Assembly: GCA_017549425.1 (NCBI GenBank)
Contig: JAFYUV010000007.1
Span: 33,342-97,341, forward strand
Length of the DNA stretch: 64,000 nt
Direction of reading: 5' to 3'
From: Clostridia bacterium
GTDB taxonomy: Bacteria; Bacillota; Clostridia; TANB77; CAG-465
Position numbers and translations under genes: made by a program. Numbering within the stretch: the first letter of the stretch is position 1; the number at the start of each line of letters is the position of its first letter. This document shows, piece after piece, positions 7,752-18,010 of this stretch. The notes under the pieces are model-generated. The model saw only the letters and a list, made by a program, of their open reading frames with translations, searched no databases and was not told the DNA's origin.

Positions 7752-9917
7752 ATGGATAAAATAGAAAAGAGTAGAAAAGAAAGAATTTTAGATTTTGTAA
7801 ATGAGAATAATTATCAAAGAATTACTGTAAAACAACTTGCAGTAATTTTTGGCGTTCCTAAAGAAGATGTTAAATTTCTAGAAAAGATAGTTTCTGAACT
7901 TGAAAAGGAAGGCAAAATTTACATAGATGATAGTAATAGAATTTGTAAATTGAATAAAGGTTCTCAATACATAGGACGTTTTGAGGCCAAAGCATATAGC
8001 TTTGGCTTTGTTCGCATAGATAATGAACTTGAAGCTCAGGATGTTTTTGTAGCTCGTGAAGAAGCAATGGGAGCGTTATCTGATGATTTAGTTTTAGTGA
8101 ATATAACTAAACAAAAAACAGTTACCAAAAACGCTGAAGGTAAAATAGTAAAAATAATAAAAAGAGGAGAAAGACCGGTTGTAGGCATTTTTAAAAAAAG
8201 TGAGTCTTTTGGTTTCGTAGAACCAGTGCAAAAAGGAGTACAAGACATATATATTCCTAAAAAATTTAGTTTAGGGGTTATGGACAATGCTCGAGTAGTA
8301 GTAAAAATTGAAAAGTATGCAACAGAAACGAGGAAGGCAGAGGGTAAAATTATAGAAGTTTTAGGAAGTGAAAACACAGCAGATATAGAACGTACAATGC
8401 TTATTAAAGCTGCTCTAGTGAATGAAAAATTCCTAGATAAAGTTTTAAAGGAAGCTGATAGGGTACAAGAACCAGAAATTAATTTTACACAAGAAGAATT
8501 AGACAAAAGAGCGGATTTAAGGGACAAAAACATTTATACTATAGATTCTGAAGAGGCGAAAGATTTAGACGATGCTGTTAGCATAGAAAAATTAGAAGAT
8601 GGTACATATAAGCTATCTGTACATATAGCAGATGTAAGTCATTATGTAACCGAAAATTCTGAAATAAACAAAGAAGCTATTAAGAGGGGGACAAGTATTT
8701 ATTTACCAGGATATGTTATTCCGATGCTACCAAGGAGCCTTTCAAATGGCGCTTGCAGCTTGAATGAGGGAGAAGACAAACTTACTCTATCTATAGATAT
8801 GATAATAGACAAAAGTGCAAAAATTCTATATAGTTATATATACAAATCTATAATTTGTTCTAAAAAGAAAATGACATATGAAAAGGTAGAAAAAGTATTG
8901 AAAAACGAGGATAAGAAAGTTTTAAAAGAATACAAAAACTTTATTCCAGATATTCTTTTAATGCAAGAATTATCTAAAATATTAAGAGAAAACAGAAAGA
9001 AAAATGGCAGTATAGATTTTGATATACCAGAAACAAAAGTCATTTTAGATGACAATGGGGAAGTTTTAGAAATCAAACCTTATGAAGTAGGAGAGTCTAA
9101 TCAAATTATAGAAGAATTTATGTTAGTTGCAAATAAAACTATAGCAAAAACTTTTTATGATATAGATGCACCATTTATATACAGAATACATGAAAAGCCT
9201 GAAATAGAAGTTTTAAGAGAATTAAATGAAGTTTTATCTGTAATGGGGACAAGTATAAAGGGAATAAATAAAATACATCCTAGAGCGATAAGCGATGTTT
9301 TGGAAAAGTTTAAGAATGATGAAAGTAAGAAAACAGTATTATCTAAGTTGGTGTTGAGAAGTTTAAAGATTGCAAAATATTCAAATGAGTGCTTAGGACA
9401 TTTTGGACTGAATTTTAATTTTTATACTCATTTTACTTCACCTATAAGAAGATATCCAGATTTGTTTATACATAGAGTAATATCTAAGTATATAGAAAAT
9501 GGATATGTCCTTGAAGACAAAGAGATTCAAAAATTATATAAACAGGCCAAGGAATACGCTTTCTCTAGTAGCGCTTGTGAAAAGGTGGCAGCTACGTTAG
9601 AAAGAGACGCAATAGATTTATATATGGCAAAATATATGAAAAAGCATTTGGGCGATGAATTTGAAGGCGTAATCTCAGGAGTGAATAATTATGGCTTCTA
9701 TGTTAAATTGCCTAGTACTGTAGAAGGACTAGTAACTATGTCTAGTTTAGAAGATGATTATTATATATATGAAGAAAAAAATATGAGACTAATTGGCCAA
9801 AGGACGAAGAAAACTTATTGTGTAGGAGATAAAGTAAAAGTAAAAGTAATAAGGGCAGATGATACTAATAGACAAATAGACTTTTTATTAATTGGAGGTT
9901 TCAATGAAAAAGAGTAA
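7752..9917 (+). CDS. rnr: ribonuclease R
   Basis: 721 aa. The RNB-domain motif HFGLNF..YTHFTSPIRRYPDLFIHR, a cold-shock-like N-terminus and an S1-like C-terminus. Confidence 0.9.
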   Translation: MDKIEKSRKERILDFVNENNYQRITVKQLAVIFGVPKEDVKFLEKIVSELEKEGKIYIDDSNRICKLNKGSQYIGRFEAKAYSFGFVRIDNELEAQDVFVAREEAMGALSDDLVLVNITKQKTVTKNAEGKIVKIIKRGERPVVGIFKKSESFGFVEPVQKGVQDIYIPKKFSLGVMDNARVVVKIEKYATETRKAEGKIIEVLGSENTADIERTMLIKAALVNEKFLDKVLKEADRVQEPEINFTQEELDKRADLRDKNIYTIDSEEAKDLDDAVSIEKLEDGTYKLSVHIADVSHYVTENSEINKEAIKRGTSIYLPGYVIPMLPRSLSNGACSLNEGEDKLTLSIDMIIDKSAKILYSYIYKSIICSKKKMTYEKVEKVLKNEDKKVLKEYKNFIPDILLMQELSKILRENRKKNGSIDFDIPETKVILDDNGEVLEIKPYEVGESNQIIEEFMLVANKTIAKTFYDIDAPFIYRIHEKPEIEVLRELNEVLSVMGTSIKGINKIHPRAISDVLEKFKNDESKKTVLSKLVLRSLKIAKYSNECLGHFGLNFNFYTHFTSPIRRYPDLFIHRVISKYIENGYVLEDKEIQKLYKQAKEYAFSSSACEKVAATLERDAIDLYMAKYMKKHLGDEFEGVISGVNNYGFYVKLPSTVEGLVTMSSLEDDYYIYEEKNMRLIGQRTKKTYCVGDKVKVKVIRADDTNRQIDFLLIGGFNEKE

Positions 9918-10605
9918 CGCAGTAACTCTTGAAGAGTTAAATGCAGGTAAAGTAAAAAAAGAGAAAAATAAAGAATATAATTTGTTAGAGTTTTTTAAAA
10001 ATAAATTAGCAATAAATCTTATTGTTTGCATTTGTATATGTATTGTAATTACTTTGATTTCTATTTTTTCAGCAGTAGGAAATATAAAAGAATTAGATAC
10101 AATTCCTGATGGAAATTTAAAGGCAGAAATTACAAATAGACTTGAAATGAATATTTTAACATTAGTAGCTGCAATTGTTCCATATTTATATATGCCATAT
10201 TTAGGACTTGCTGCTTACATGTATAACGAAGTAGTTGGATTAGGATTTGTTATTGTAAAATATGGATGGCTTGTAGGAGTATTAAGATATATTTTACCTT
10301 TTACTTTAAATATAATTAGTATATGTTTAATAGTTTCTGTAGGAGTTTACTTGGCAAAAATTCATACAGCAAGATTTATCATAAATAGAAAAAATACTAT
10401 GAATTTTACAACATTTAGAATAAGAGTATATCAAATGCTAAAAAAACAAGAAAAAGCGGATGTATTAGCTAAAAAGCAAGAAAATAAAACAAAGAAAATG
10501 GAAAAACGAATTGAAAAAGTTGATTGGAAAAATGTTTGTATATTTGTAATTGGGGGTCTTTTACTTCAAATAATATCAACATTAATACAATATTTATTAG
10601 TTTAA
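9904..10605 (+). CDS. polytopic membrane protein, function unknown
   Basis: RBS GGAGG precedes MKKSNAV. It has 4-5 predicted TM helices and a basic, coiled C-terminal tail. Confidence 0.4.
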   Translation: MKKSNAVTLEELNAGKVKKEKNKEYNLLEFFKNKLAINLIVCICICIVITLISIFSAVGNIKELDTIPDGNLKAEITNRLEMNILTLVAAIVPYLYMPYLGLAAYMYNEVVGLGFVIVKYGWLVGVLRYILPFTLNIISICLIVSVGVYLAKIHTARFIINRKNTMNFTTFRIRVYQMLKKQEKADVLAKKQENKTKKMEKRIEKVDWKNVCIFVIGGLLLQIISTLIQYLLV

Positions 10606-10616
10606 AGGTGAGTTAA

Positions 10617-11279
10617 ATGAGACAAAGAAATGTTAAAAACCAAGATGAAATATTATCTTCTTTTGATAGATATGTACAAAATCCAGAAAGCTTGAAAGGG
10701 AAATGGCATGGCGGGTTCAAAGAGGTGCATCTAGAGATAGGAATAGGTAAAGGCCAGTTTATATATGAATTAGCAAAAAAGAATCCAGATATATTGTATG
10801 TAGGGATAGAATTAAATAAAGGAGTTATATCTTTAGCTTCAAAAAAGATTTTAAGGAAAGAGCAAGAAGAGGCAATACATGTAGCAAATTTAAAGCTATT
10901 TTCATTTGACGCGGCAGATTTAGATAAGGTGTTTACTGAAGGTGAAGTGGATAAAATATATTTGAACTTTAGTGATCCATGGCCTAAGAAAAAGCACGCA
11001 AAAAGAAGACTAACTTCAAAAACTTTCTTAGATAAGTATAGACTAATACTAAAAAAAGATGGTATAATTGAACAGAAAACAGATAATATGGGACTTTTTG
11101 AATTTTCTATATTGAGCTTTAATGAAAATAATCTGTTGATGGAAGACATTTCTCTAAATGTTTATGCAGATATAGCTAATGGAAAAATTTTAGATAATAT
11201 TCCAACAGAATATGAGGAAAAATTTAGAGATAAAGGCCCTATATATAAAATGATTGCAAAATTTAGGAGTGATGTGTAA
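10617..11279 (+). CDS. trmB: tRNA (guanine-N7)-methyltransferase TrmB
   Basis: Motifs LEIGIGKG (SAM binding) and FSDPWPKKKHAKRRL are diagnostic of TrmB. Confidence 0.85.
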   Translation: MRQRNVKNQDEILSSFDRYVQNPESLKGKWHGGFKEVHLEIGIGKGQFIYELAKKNPDILYVGIELNKGVISLASKKILRKEQEEAIHVANLKLFSFDAADLDKVFTEGEVDKIYLNFSDPWPKKKHAKRRLTSKTFLDKYRLILKKDGIIEQKTDNMGLFEFSILSFNENNLLMEDISLNVYADIANGKILDNIPTEYEEKFRDKGPIYKMIAKFRSDV

Positions 11280-11551
11280 TGAATATAATTGCAAGAAGAA
11301 ATACTGCAATTACCATTGGGATTGTTGTGTTTATATTAGTTATATTATTTGTTTTGTGGATGTGTGTGGTAATAACAGATTTTGTGAGATATAAAACAGG
11401 GAATATACCAATCTTTGCTTTTAATGTTACCATAGAAGATTTAACAAATGGAGATATAGAAACATATAAAGGACTAGGATATAAGTTTGTAGACAAAAAT
11501 ATAGATAATATAAATACAAAAGAATTTTATTTATTGGGATTTAAAATTTAA
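11279..11551 (+). CDS. small membrane protein
   Basis: 90 aa. Its ATG overlaps the trmB stop, and it has one TM helix. Confidence 0.3.
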   Translation: MNIIARRNTAITIGIVVFILVILFVLWMCVVITDFVRYKTGNIPIFAFNVTIEDLTNGDIETYKGLGYKFVDKNIDNINTKEFYLLGFKI

Positions 11552-11634
11552 GATATAGAGAAGGTGGTTTTACTGCTTTCTCTTTTCTTTAATTTCATTT
11601 GTGATATAATATAAATATATTAAGGAGAGAAAAT

Positions 11635-13932
11635 ATGCGAAATAATGTTGAGGTATTATCACCAGCAGGGAATAAGAAGGCTTTTATAGCTGCTCTAAAT
11701 GCGGGTGCAGATGCAATATATATGGGTGTTGGAAAATATAACGCAAGAGCTATGGCTGAAAATTTTACAATAGAAGAGTATTGTGAATGTATTAAAGAAG
11801 CACACAAGAGGGAGGTTAAGGTTTATCTTACTCTTAATACATTAGTTAAAAATAATGAAATAAGAGAAGCTTTAAATCTTGTTGCTATTCTTTATTCAAA
11901 AGGTTTAGATGCGGTTATATTGCAAGATTTAGGATTGGCTATGAAAATACATGAATTATTTCCTAAATTAAATATTCACGCTAGTACACAAATGAGTGTA
12001 TATTCGTTAGAACAGGTAAACTTTTTAAAATCTTTAGGTTTTTCGAGAGTGGTGCTTGCAAGAGAATTGAGTGTACAAGAGATAGAAAATATATGTAAAG
12101 CTACGGGTGTAGAAGTTGAAGTGTTTGTACACGGCGCTTTATGTGTAAGTTTCTCAGGACAATGCAATATGAGTAGGTTAATAGGAGAAAAGAGTGCAAA
12201 TCGTGGCACTTGTGCTCAAACCTGTAGAATGAGATATAGCCTATATAAAGATGGAGAAAAACGACCTATAATTCAGGACAAATATATTCTTAGTAAAAAA
12301 GATATTTGGGGTTTAGATTATGTAGAACGACTTGTAAAGGCTGGAGTTAAATCTTTAAAAATAGAAGGAAGAAACAAAGGACCTGAATATGTAGCACAAG
12401 CTACAAAAGTATATAAAGATAGAATTAATGGCTCGGTTGATGATAAAGAAAAAGCAGACTTATTACAGGTATTTAATAGAAGTGGAAAAAGCGAAGGCTA
12501 TTTAAATGGAGTTAGATTTAAGGATAGCATTAGTTTAGACACCCCTAAAAATGTAGGAGTTATTTTAGGAAAAGTTTTAGATGTAAATAAAAAGTATATA
12601 AAAGTAAAATTAGAAAATGATATAGATTTACATGATGGAATAGAAATAAATTCTAATCTAGGAGCGGCTTCTACTATCGTTACTTGCATTCGAAATAATA
12701 AATTTGATATTGTAAATAAAAAAGTTCAATCTGGAAATGTAGTATGGCTTGGAGATATTAATTCAAAATGTAATGTTGGAGATGTTGTATATAAAACTTC
12801 AGATAGTAAGTTAAACGAAGAATTAAATATAATTTATGCCACTAAAATAATAAGACAAAAAGACTACGATTTATATGTTGAAATAAAGAAAAACGAAAAA
12901 GTATATGTTGTAGCAAGAAATGAAAATACTAAAACTGAATTACTAAGCGAAATAGTTCCAGAAGACAGTATTAAAAAATCTGTTACAGAAGAAGATGTTG
13001 TAAATGCATTTAGTAAAACAGAAGAATCATCGGTGAGATTTAAAAACTATAATATAAAGGTAGATAGCAATTTGTTTTTGCCTATATCTAAGTTAAATGA
13101 ATTAAGAAGAAAGTTAATAGAAAAAACAGAAAACTCTTTTGATATAAACCTAGATGTTACAAAAGAGCAAGAACTAATAGATAATTTAACTTTTGGTAAA
13201 GAGGAAGACAAAAGAAATAGCAAATATAACTCATTATATATTTATTCTTATGATAAAAATAAAAATTACATAAAAGAATATGAGGCAAAATATAACAAAA
13301 AGCTAGACAGACTATATATAGTAGCAAACGATTTTGCAATATATTCTAAAGATATTATAGAGAAGTATAAAAATATTGAATTGTTTTTTGTAATACCTAA
13401 TGTTACGTTAAACAAACTACAAAAGTATATAGAAACTAACTTGGAAGCATTGGTGAAAGAAGGCGTTAAAGGAATACTTGTTGGAAATTTGCAATATATG
13501 AATTTAGTAAATGAATTGAAGAAACAATATGGCTTAATTATAGGGGCAGATTATTCTTTAAATATTACAAATATTTTAACTATAGATACACTAAAAAAAC
13601 TGGGCTTTGATTTCTTTACATTATCTTTTGAATTAAATGAACAAGATATAGAACAAATAGCAGATAAATATAATGTTGAATTAGTTGAAAATTTAGCTAC
13701 TGCTATGACTTCAAGATATTGTTTAATTGGTAGTTTTGCGGAACAAAGAAAAAAAGATGTGTGTTCAAGACCTTGCACAAGAGATAACTATTATTTAGTA
13801 GATGGACACAATAAAAAATATGATATTGTTTGTGATAATTTTGATTGTGTAATGAGACTTATTAGAAACAAATATAGATATAGCGAAGATATAAAAAGCA
13901 AATCAAATATAAGAAATTGTTGGTTGAGTTAA
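11635..13932 (+). CDS. peptidase U32 family protein (collagenase-like, RlhA/TrhP-type), long form with a C-terminal extension
   Basis: The U32 signature lies around EIENICKATGVEVEVFVHGALCVSFSGQC; 765 aa. Confidence 0.8.
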   Translation: MRNNVEVLSPAGNKKAFIAALNAGADAIYMGVGKYNARAMAENFTIEEYCECIKEAHKREVKVYLTLNTLVKNNEIREALNLVAILYSKGLDAVILQDLGLAMKIHELFPKLNIHASTQMSVYSLEQVNFLKSLGFSRVVLARELSVQEIENICKATGVEVEVFVHGALCVSFSGQCNMSRLIGEKSANRGTCAQTCRMRYSLYKDGEKRPIIQDKYILSKKDIWGLDYVERLVKAGVKSLKIEGRNKGPEYVAQATKVYKDRINGSVDDKEKADLLQVFNRSGKSEGYLNGVRFKDSISLDTPKNVGVILGKVLDVNKKYIKVKLENDIDLHDGIEINSNLGAASTIVTCIRNNKFDIVNKKVQSGNVVWLGDINSKCNVGDVVYKTSDSKLNEELNIIYATKIIRQKDYDLYVEIKKNEKVYVVARNENTKTELLSEIVPEDSIKKSVTEEDVVNAFSKTEESSVRFKNYNIKVDSNLFLPISKLNELRRKLIEKTENSFDINLDVTKEQELIDNLTFGKEEDKRNSKYNSLYIYSYDKNKNYIKEYEAKYNKKLDRLYIVANDFAIYSKDIIEKYKNIELFFVIPNVTLNKLQKYIETNLEALVKEGVKGILVGNLQYMNLVNELKKQYGLIIGADYSLNITNILTIDTLKKLGFDFFTLSFELNEQDIEQIADKYNVELVENLATAMTSRYCLIGSFAEQRKKDVCSRPCTRDNYYLVDGHNKKYDIVCDNFDCVMRLIRNKYRYSEDIKSKSNIRNCWLS

Positions 13933-13972
13933 TTATTGACAAATTTTTACAATTTGTTTTATAATTATAAAT

Positions 13973-14815
13973 ATGAAGAAAAGAAAACGACAAGGAAATA
14001 TTTTTATATTATTATTTATATATTTTATGTATCTAATTATAAATTATGGCAAACAGCTGATGTTTATAGGATTGTGCATACTAGCCATATATGTAATAAA
14101 AAAATTAATAGATATATTTGTAGATAAAAACGACTATAATGATTACATAGAATCTAAAAAAATTCAAGAAAGGCAACAGCAAATTAGTGAAACACTAGAT
14201 ATAGCGTTTAGCAAAAAAGAACATGAAGAAGTTTTTTCAGATGATGAATATGAAAAGCAAGGGAGAGAGGCTGAATTAAAGATAATCAATAATATAAAAA
14301 GACTTTTTCCAAAAGAAAACATAATACATGATTCATATTTCCAAACTAATACCTCGACTACTCAAATAGATATTGTTGCAGTTAATACTAAGGGTATTTA
14401 TGTTATAGAATCCAAAGATTATTCTGGTGTGCTGAAAGGAAAATGTTGGGAAAAATACTGGACTCAAATTTTAAATAAAAATAAATGTAAATATAAAGTA
14501 TATAACCCTATTTATCAAAACAATTCGCACATTGAGGCGTTAAAGAAGAATTTTAAAAAATTTAATATTCCAGAGGAAGCCTTTAAATCATATATTGTAT
14601 TTAGCGATAGATGTAAGCTGTATATTACGGGAACTAGTAAAGCAAACATAATAAAAGCATGTGAATTGTATTACGGATTGGCAGGAGACTTTGAACAAAG
14701 TAAAGACATTTTAAGGGAAGAGCAAGTGCGTGAGGTTTGTACAAGGTTAAGAAATCATACATTTGTAAGTCGCGAGTTAAAAGAGCACCATAAAGAGAGA
14801 TTGCAAAACAAATAA
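13973..14815 (+). CDS. NERD (nuclease-related domain) protein with an N-terminal membrane anchor
   Basis: Two N-terminal TM helices. The NERD core is QIDIVAVNTKGIYVIESKDYSG...W...YNPIYQNNSHIEAL. Confidence 0.6.
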   Translation: MKKRKRQGNIFILLFIYFMYLIINYGKQLMFIGLCILAIYVIKKLIDIFVDKNDYNDYIESKKIQERQQQISETLDIAFSKKEHEEVFSDDEYEKQGREAELKIINNIKRLFPKENIIHDSYFQTNTSTTQIDIVAVNTKGIYVIESKDYSGVLKGKCWEKYWTQILNKNKCKYKVYNPIYQNNSHIEALKKNFKKFNIPEEAFKSYIVFSDRCKLYITGTSKANIIKACELYYGLAGDFEQSKDILREEQVREVCTRLRNHTFVSRELKEHHKERLQNK

Positions 14816-14847
14816 AATATAAGATGATTAAATTACATAATAAATGC

Positions 14848-14876
14848 TTGACAAAAAAAATATTTAATAGTATACT
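14848..14876 (+). promoter_or_regulatory. sigma-A promoter of the aspS T-box leader
   Basis: TTGACA, a 17-nt spacer, then TATACT. Confidence 0.5.
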
Positions 14877-14884
14877 TTTAGTGT

Positions 14885-15112
14885 TAAATGCAAGGAAGAA
14901 GGAAAGTAAAATATATTGATGTATATAGAGAAAAATGCCAAGGCTGGAAGCATTTTGCTAGATATATTTGAAAGACACCTTTTGAGCAGACTTATGAAAA
15001 GTAAGTACGTGATACTGCGTTAAAGTACAAGAGTAAAAAATAGGGTGGCACCGCGTGAGAATATAACTCTCGCCCCTAATATGAAAAACATATTAGGAGC
15101 GAGAGCTTTTTA
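14885..15112 (+). promoter_or_regulatory. T-box riboswitch leader (Asp specifier GAC) controlling aspS
   Basis: Specifier-loop context AAGACA at 14972-14977. The conserved T-box sequence AATAGGGTGGCACCGCG is at 15039-15055. A terminator hairpin CTCTCGCCCCTAATAT/ATATTAGGAGCGAGAG plus a T-run overlaps the antiterminator. Confidence 0.8.
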
Positions 15113-15139
15113 TATGTAAATGTTAAGGAGGAATAAAGA

Positions 15140-16931
15140 TATGTCTGAGTTGATAACAGGACAAAAAAGAACAGCAAGATGTGCTGAATTTACAGAAGAA
15201 ATGGTTGGACAAAAAGTTTGTGCTATGGGATGGGTACAAGCAAGACGTGATATGGGTAAAATTATATTCGTAGATTTAAGAGATAGAACAGGTATTATTC
15301 AAGTAGTAATTGATGAACAATTTGTGCCTGGAGATTTTGAAAAAGCAAGCAAAATACATAACGAATATGTATTGTCTATAGAAGGAGATTTGGTTCTAAG
15401 ACAACCTGAAAAAGTAAATCCAAAACTTGCTACAGGGAAATTAGAAATAGTTGCTAGCAGTGTAAGAATTTTATCTGAAAGTGATGTATTACCATTCCAA
15501 ATAGAAGAAGCTAATATGGTTTCTGATCAAACAAGATTAAAGTATAGATATTTGGATTTAAGAAGTGCATATATGCAAAGAAACTTAAAATTAAAAAGTG
15601 ATATAGCATGCATTACAAGAAACTTCTTCCACGATGAAGGTTTCTTAGAAATAGAAACACCAATACTTACTAAATCTACTCCAGAAGGAGCAAGAGATTA
15701 TCTTGTGCCAAGTAGAGTAAATAATGGTATGTTTTATGCTTTGCCTCAATCACCACAAATATTCAAACAGATTTTAATGCTATCTGGTTATGATAGATAC
15801 ATTCAAATAGCTAGATGCTTTAGAGATGAGGATTTACGTGCAGACAGACAGCCTGAATTTACACAAATTGACATGGAATTATCTTTTGTTGATGAAGAAG
15901 ATATTATGAGTATTAATGAAAGATATTTGCAAAAGGTATTTAAAGAAATTAAGGGCATAGATATAAAAGTTCCATTTATGAGAATGCCATATAGCGAAGC
16001 TATGAATCGTTTTGGTAGTGATAAACCAGATTTGAGATTTGGAATGGAATTAACTGACCTTTCTGAAATATTTGCTGGATGTGATTTTAAAGTTTTTGCT
16101 GATGCAATAAAAAACGGTGGAAGTGTAAGAACAATAACTGTTCCTGGCGCCGCAAATTATACAAGAAAACAAATAGATGAATTAATAGAATTTGTTAAAA
16201 TATATAAAGCTAAAGGTTTAGCTTCATTTGCTATTGAAAATGGTGAGTATAAATCTAATATATTAAGATTTATGACAGAAGAACAAATCCAAAAAGTAAT
16301 TGAAAAAACAGGAGCAAAAGAAGGAGATTTAGTACTTTTCGTAGCTGACAAAAACGATATAGTATTTGCTGCGTTAGGTGCTTTAAGATGCGAAATGGCA
16401 AAGAGACTTAACCTAATTAATAAAGATGAATATAAATTCTTATGGGTTGTAGATTTCCCTATGTTTGAGTGGGATGAAGAAAACAATAGATGTAAAGCTG
16501 TTCACCATCCATTTACAGCTCCTAAAGACGAGGATTTAAGCTTCATGGAAGAACGTCCTTTAGATGTTAGAGCAAAGGCTTATGATATTATATTAAATGG
16601 AACAGAGCTTGGTGGAGGAAGTATAAGAATTCACTCTAGAGAAATACAAAATAGAGTATTTAATTTGCTTGGATTTACTGATGAACAAGCTCAAGAAAGA
16701 TTCGGTTTCTTGTTAGATGCGTTTAAATATGGTGTTCCACCTCATGGCGGATTAGCGTATGGATTTGACAGATTAATAATGTTAATTTTGGGACTTGAAT
16801 CAATTAGAGATACAATAGCTTTCCCTAAAGATAAGAGCGCTACTTGTCAAATGACAGAAGCACCAAATATTGTAGAGGAAAAACAATTAAAAGAATTAGG
16901 AATTAAAATAGCTGACAAAGGAGAAAATTAG
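15140..16931 (+). CDS. aspS: aspartate--tRNA ligase
   Basis: RBS AGGAGG precedes MSELITGQ. Class II aaRS with an N-terminal OB fold; motifs include FRDEDLRADRQPEFTQID and GGGSIRIH. Confidence 0.9.
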
Positions 16932-17872
16932 TGAAGATAGGAATTATTGGAACTGGAGCTTTTGGGATAGCACTTTCAAAAGTGCTATCTTCATTTAATG
17001 AAGTTATAATGTGGTCCAAATTTGAAGAAGAAAAAGAAGAGTTAGCGAAGTATAGGGAAAATAAAAAGTATTTTCCTGGGATAACAATAGATGAGACTGT
17101 TAAATTTACAACAGATTTAAGAGCCTTAAGGCAAACAGAAATAGTAATTATAGCTGTACCATTTATCGCTATAAGAGAATTGGTTTTAAACAAAGAGTTA
17201 TGGTTTGAAAATCAAATAATTTGCAGTACAACAAAAGGTATAGATGAAGAAGAGTTTAAAACAACAACACAAATATTAGAAGAAGGGCTTAACACAAGAA
17301 GAGTAACAGCTATAACTGGTCCGACTTTTGCTATAGATGTAGCCATTGGACAAAATGTGCATATGATGTTAGGCTATTTACAAGAGGCTGACGCAGAGGC
17401 AATATATAATTTGTTTAAAGGAACTAATATTAAATTGCATAAAACGATAGATTTAAATGGAATACAAATTGCTGGAGTATTAAAAAATGCAATAGCAATT
17501 GGTTCTGGAATTTTAGAAGGCCTAAATTCATCTAATTCAGTTAAAGCTTCTTATGTAACAAATGCGTTACAAGAATTGTCTTCAATTATAGAAAATTTAG
17601 GGTTTGATTCTAAAACAGCTTATACTTATGCTGGTATAGGAGATTTAATTTTAACTTGTACAAGTGAAAACAGTAGAAATTTTACATTTGGAAAACTTAT
17701 AGGACAAAATTATTCTGTTCTACAAGCTTTTGAAAAAATGGGGAGCAAAACGGTTGAAGGATATAAAATTATTGAAGTATTACATAATAAATTTAACTTT
17801 GAACTAATTAATACGCTATATGATATTATATATTTAGGAGCGGATAAAGAAAAACTTGAAAAAATAATATAA
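16931..17872 (+). CDS. NAD(P)H-dependent glycerol-3-phosphate dehydrogenase family protein (GpsA-like, divergent)
   Basis: Its GTG start overlaps the aspS stop. GIIGTGAFG is a Rossmann fold. The blocks GVLKNAIAIGSGILEGL and GDLILTCTSENSRN match GpsA. Confidence 0.6.
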   Translation: MKIGIIGTGAFGIALSKVLSSFNEVIMWSKFEEEKEELAKYRENKKYFPGITIDETVKFTTDLRALRQTEIVIIAVPFIAIRELVLNKELWFENQIICSTTKGIDEEEFKTTTQILEEGLNTRRVTAITGPTFAIDVAIGQNVHMMLGYLQEADAEAIYNLFKGTNIKLHKTIDLNGIQIAGVLKNAIAIGSGILEGLNSSNSVKASYVTNALQELSSIIENLGFDSKTAYTYAGIGDLILTCTSENSRNFTFGKLIGQNYSVLQAFEKMGSKTVEGYKIIEVLHNKFNFELINTLYDIIYLGADKEKLEKII

Positions 17873-18010
17873 AAATGTAGACAAATATAATATTTTAATA
17901 TAAGCTATTAATATAGAATTGGAATAAGGAAAGTAAATGCTACTAAAAAGTGCAGGTGTTTTGTTGTTGCTTGTATATATTCTTAATAAAAAGAAGGAGA
18001 AAGAAATATA

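Noticed and set aside
13936-14127. 63-aa ORF overlapping the start of the NERD gene
   Set aside because: It is in a different frame with no RBS, and it is Tyr/Asn/Ile-rich from the AT-rich sequence. The NERD gene explains the region.
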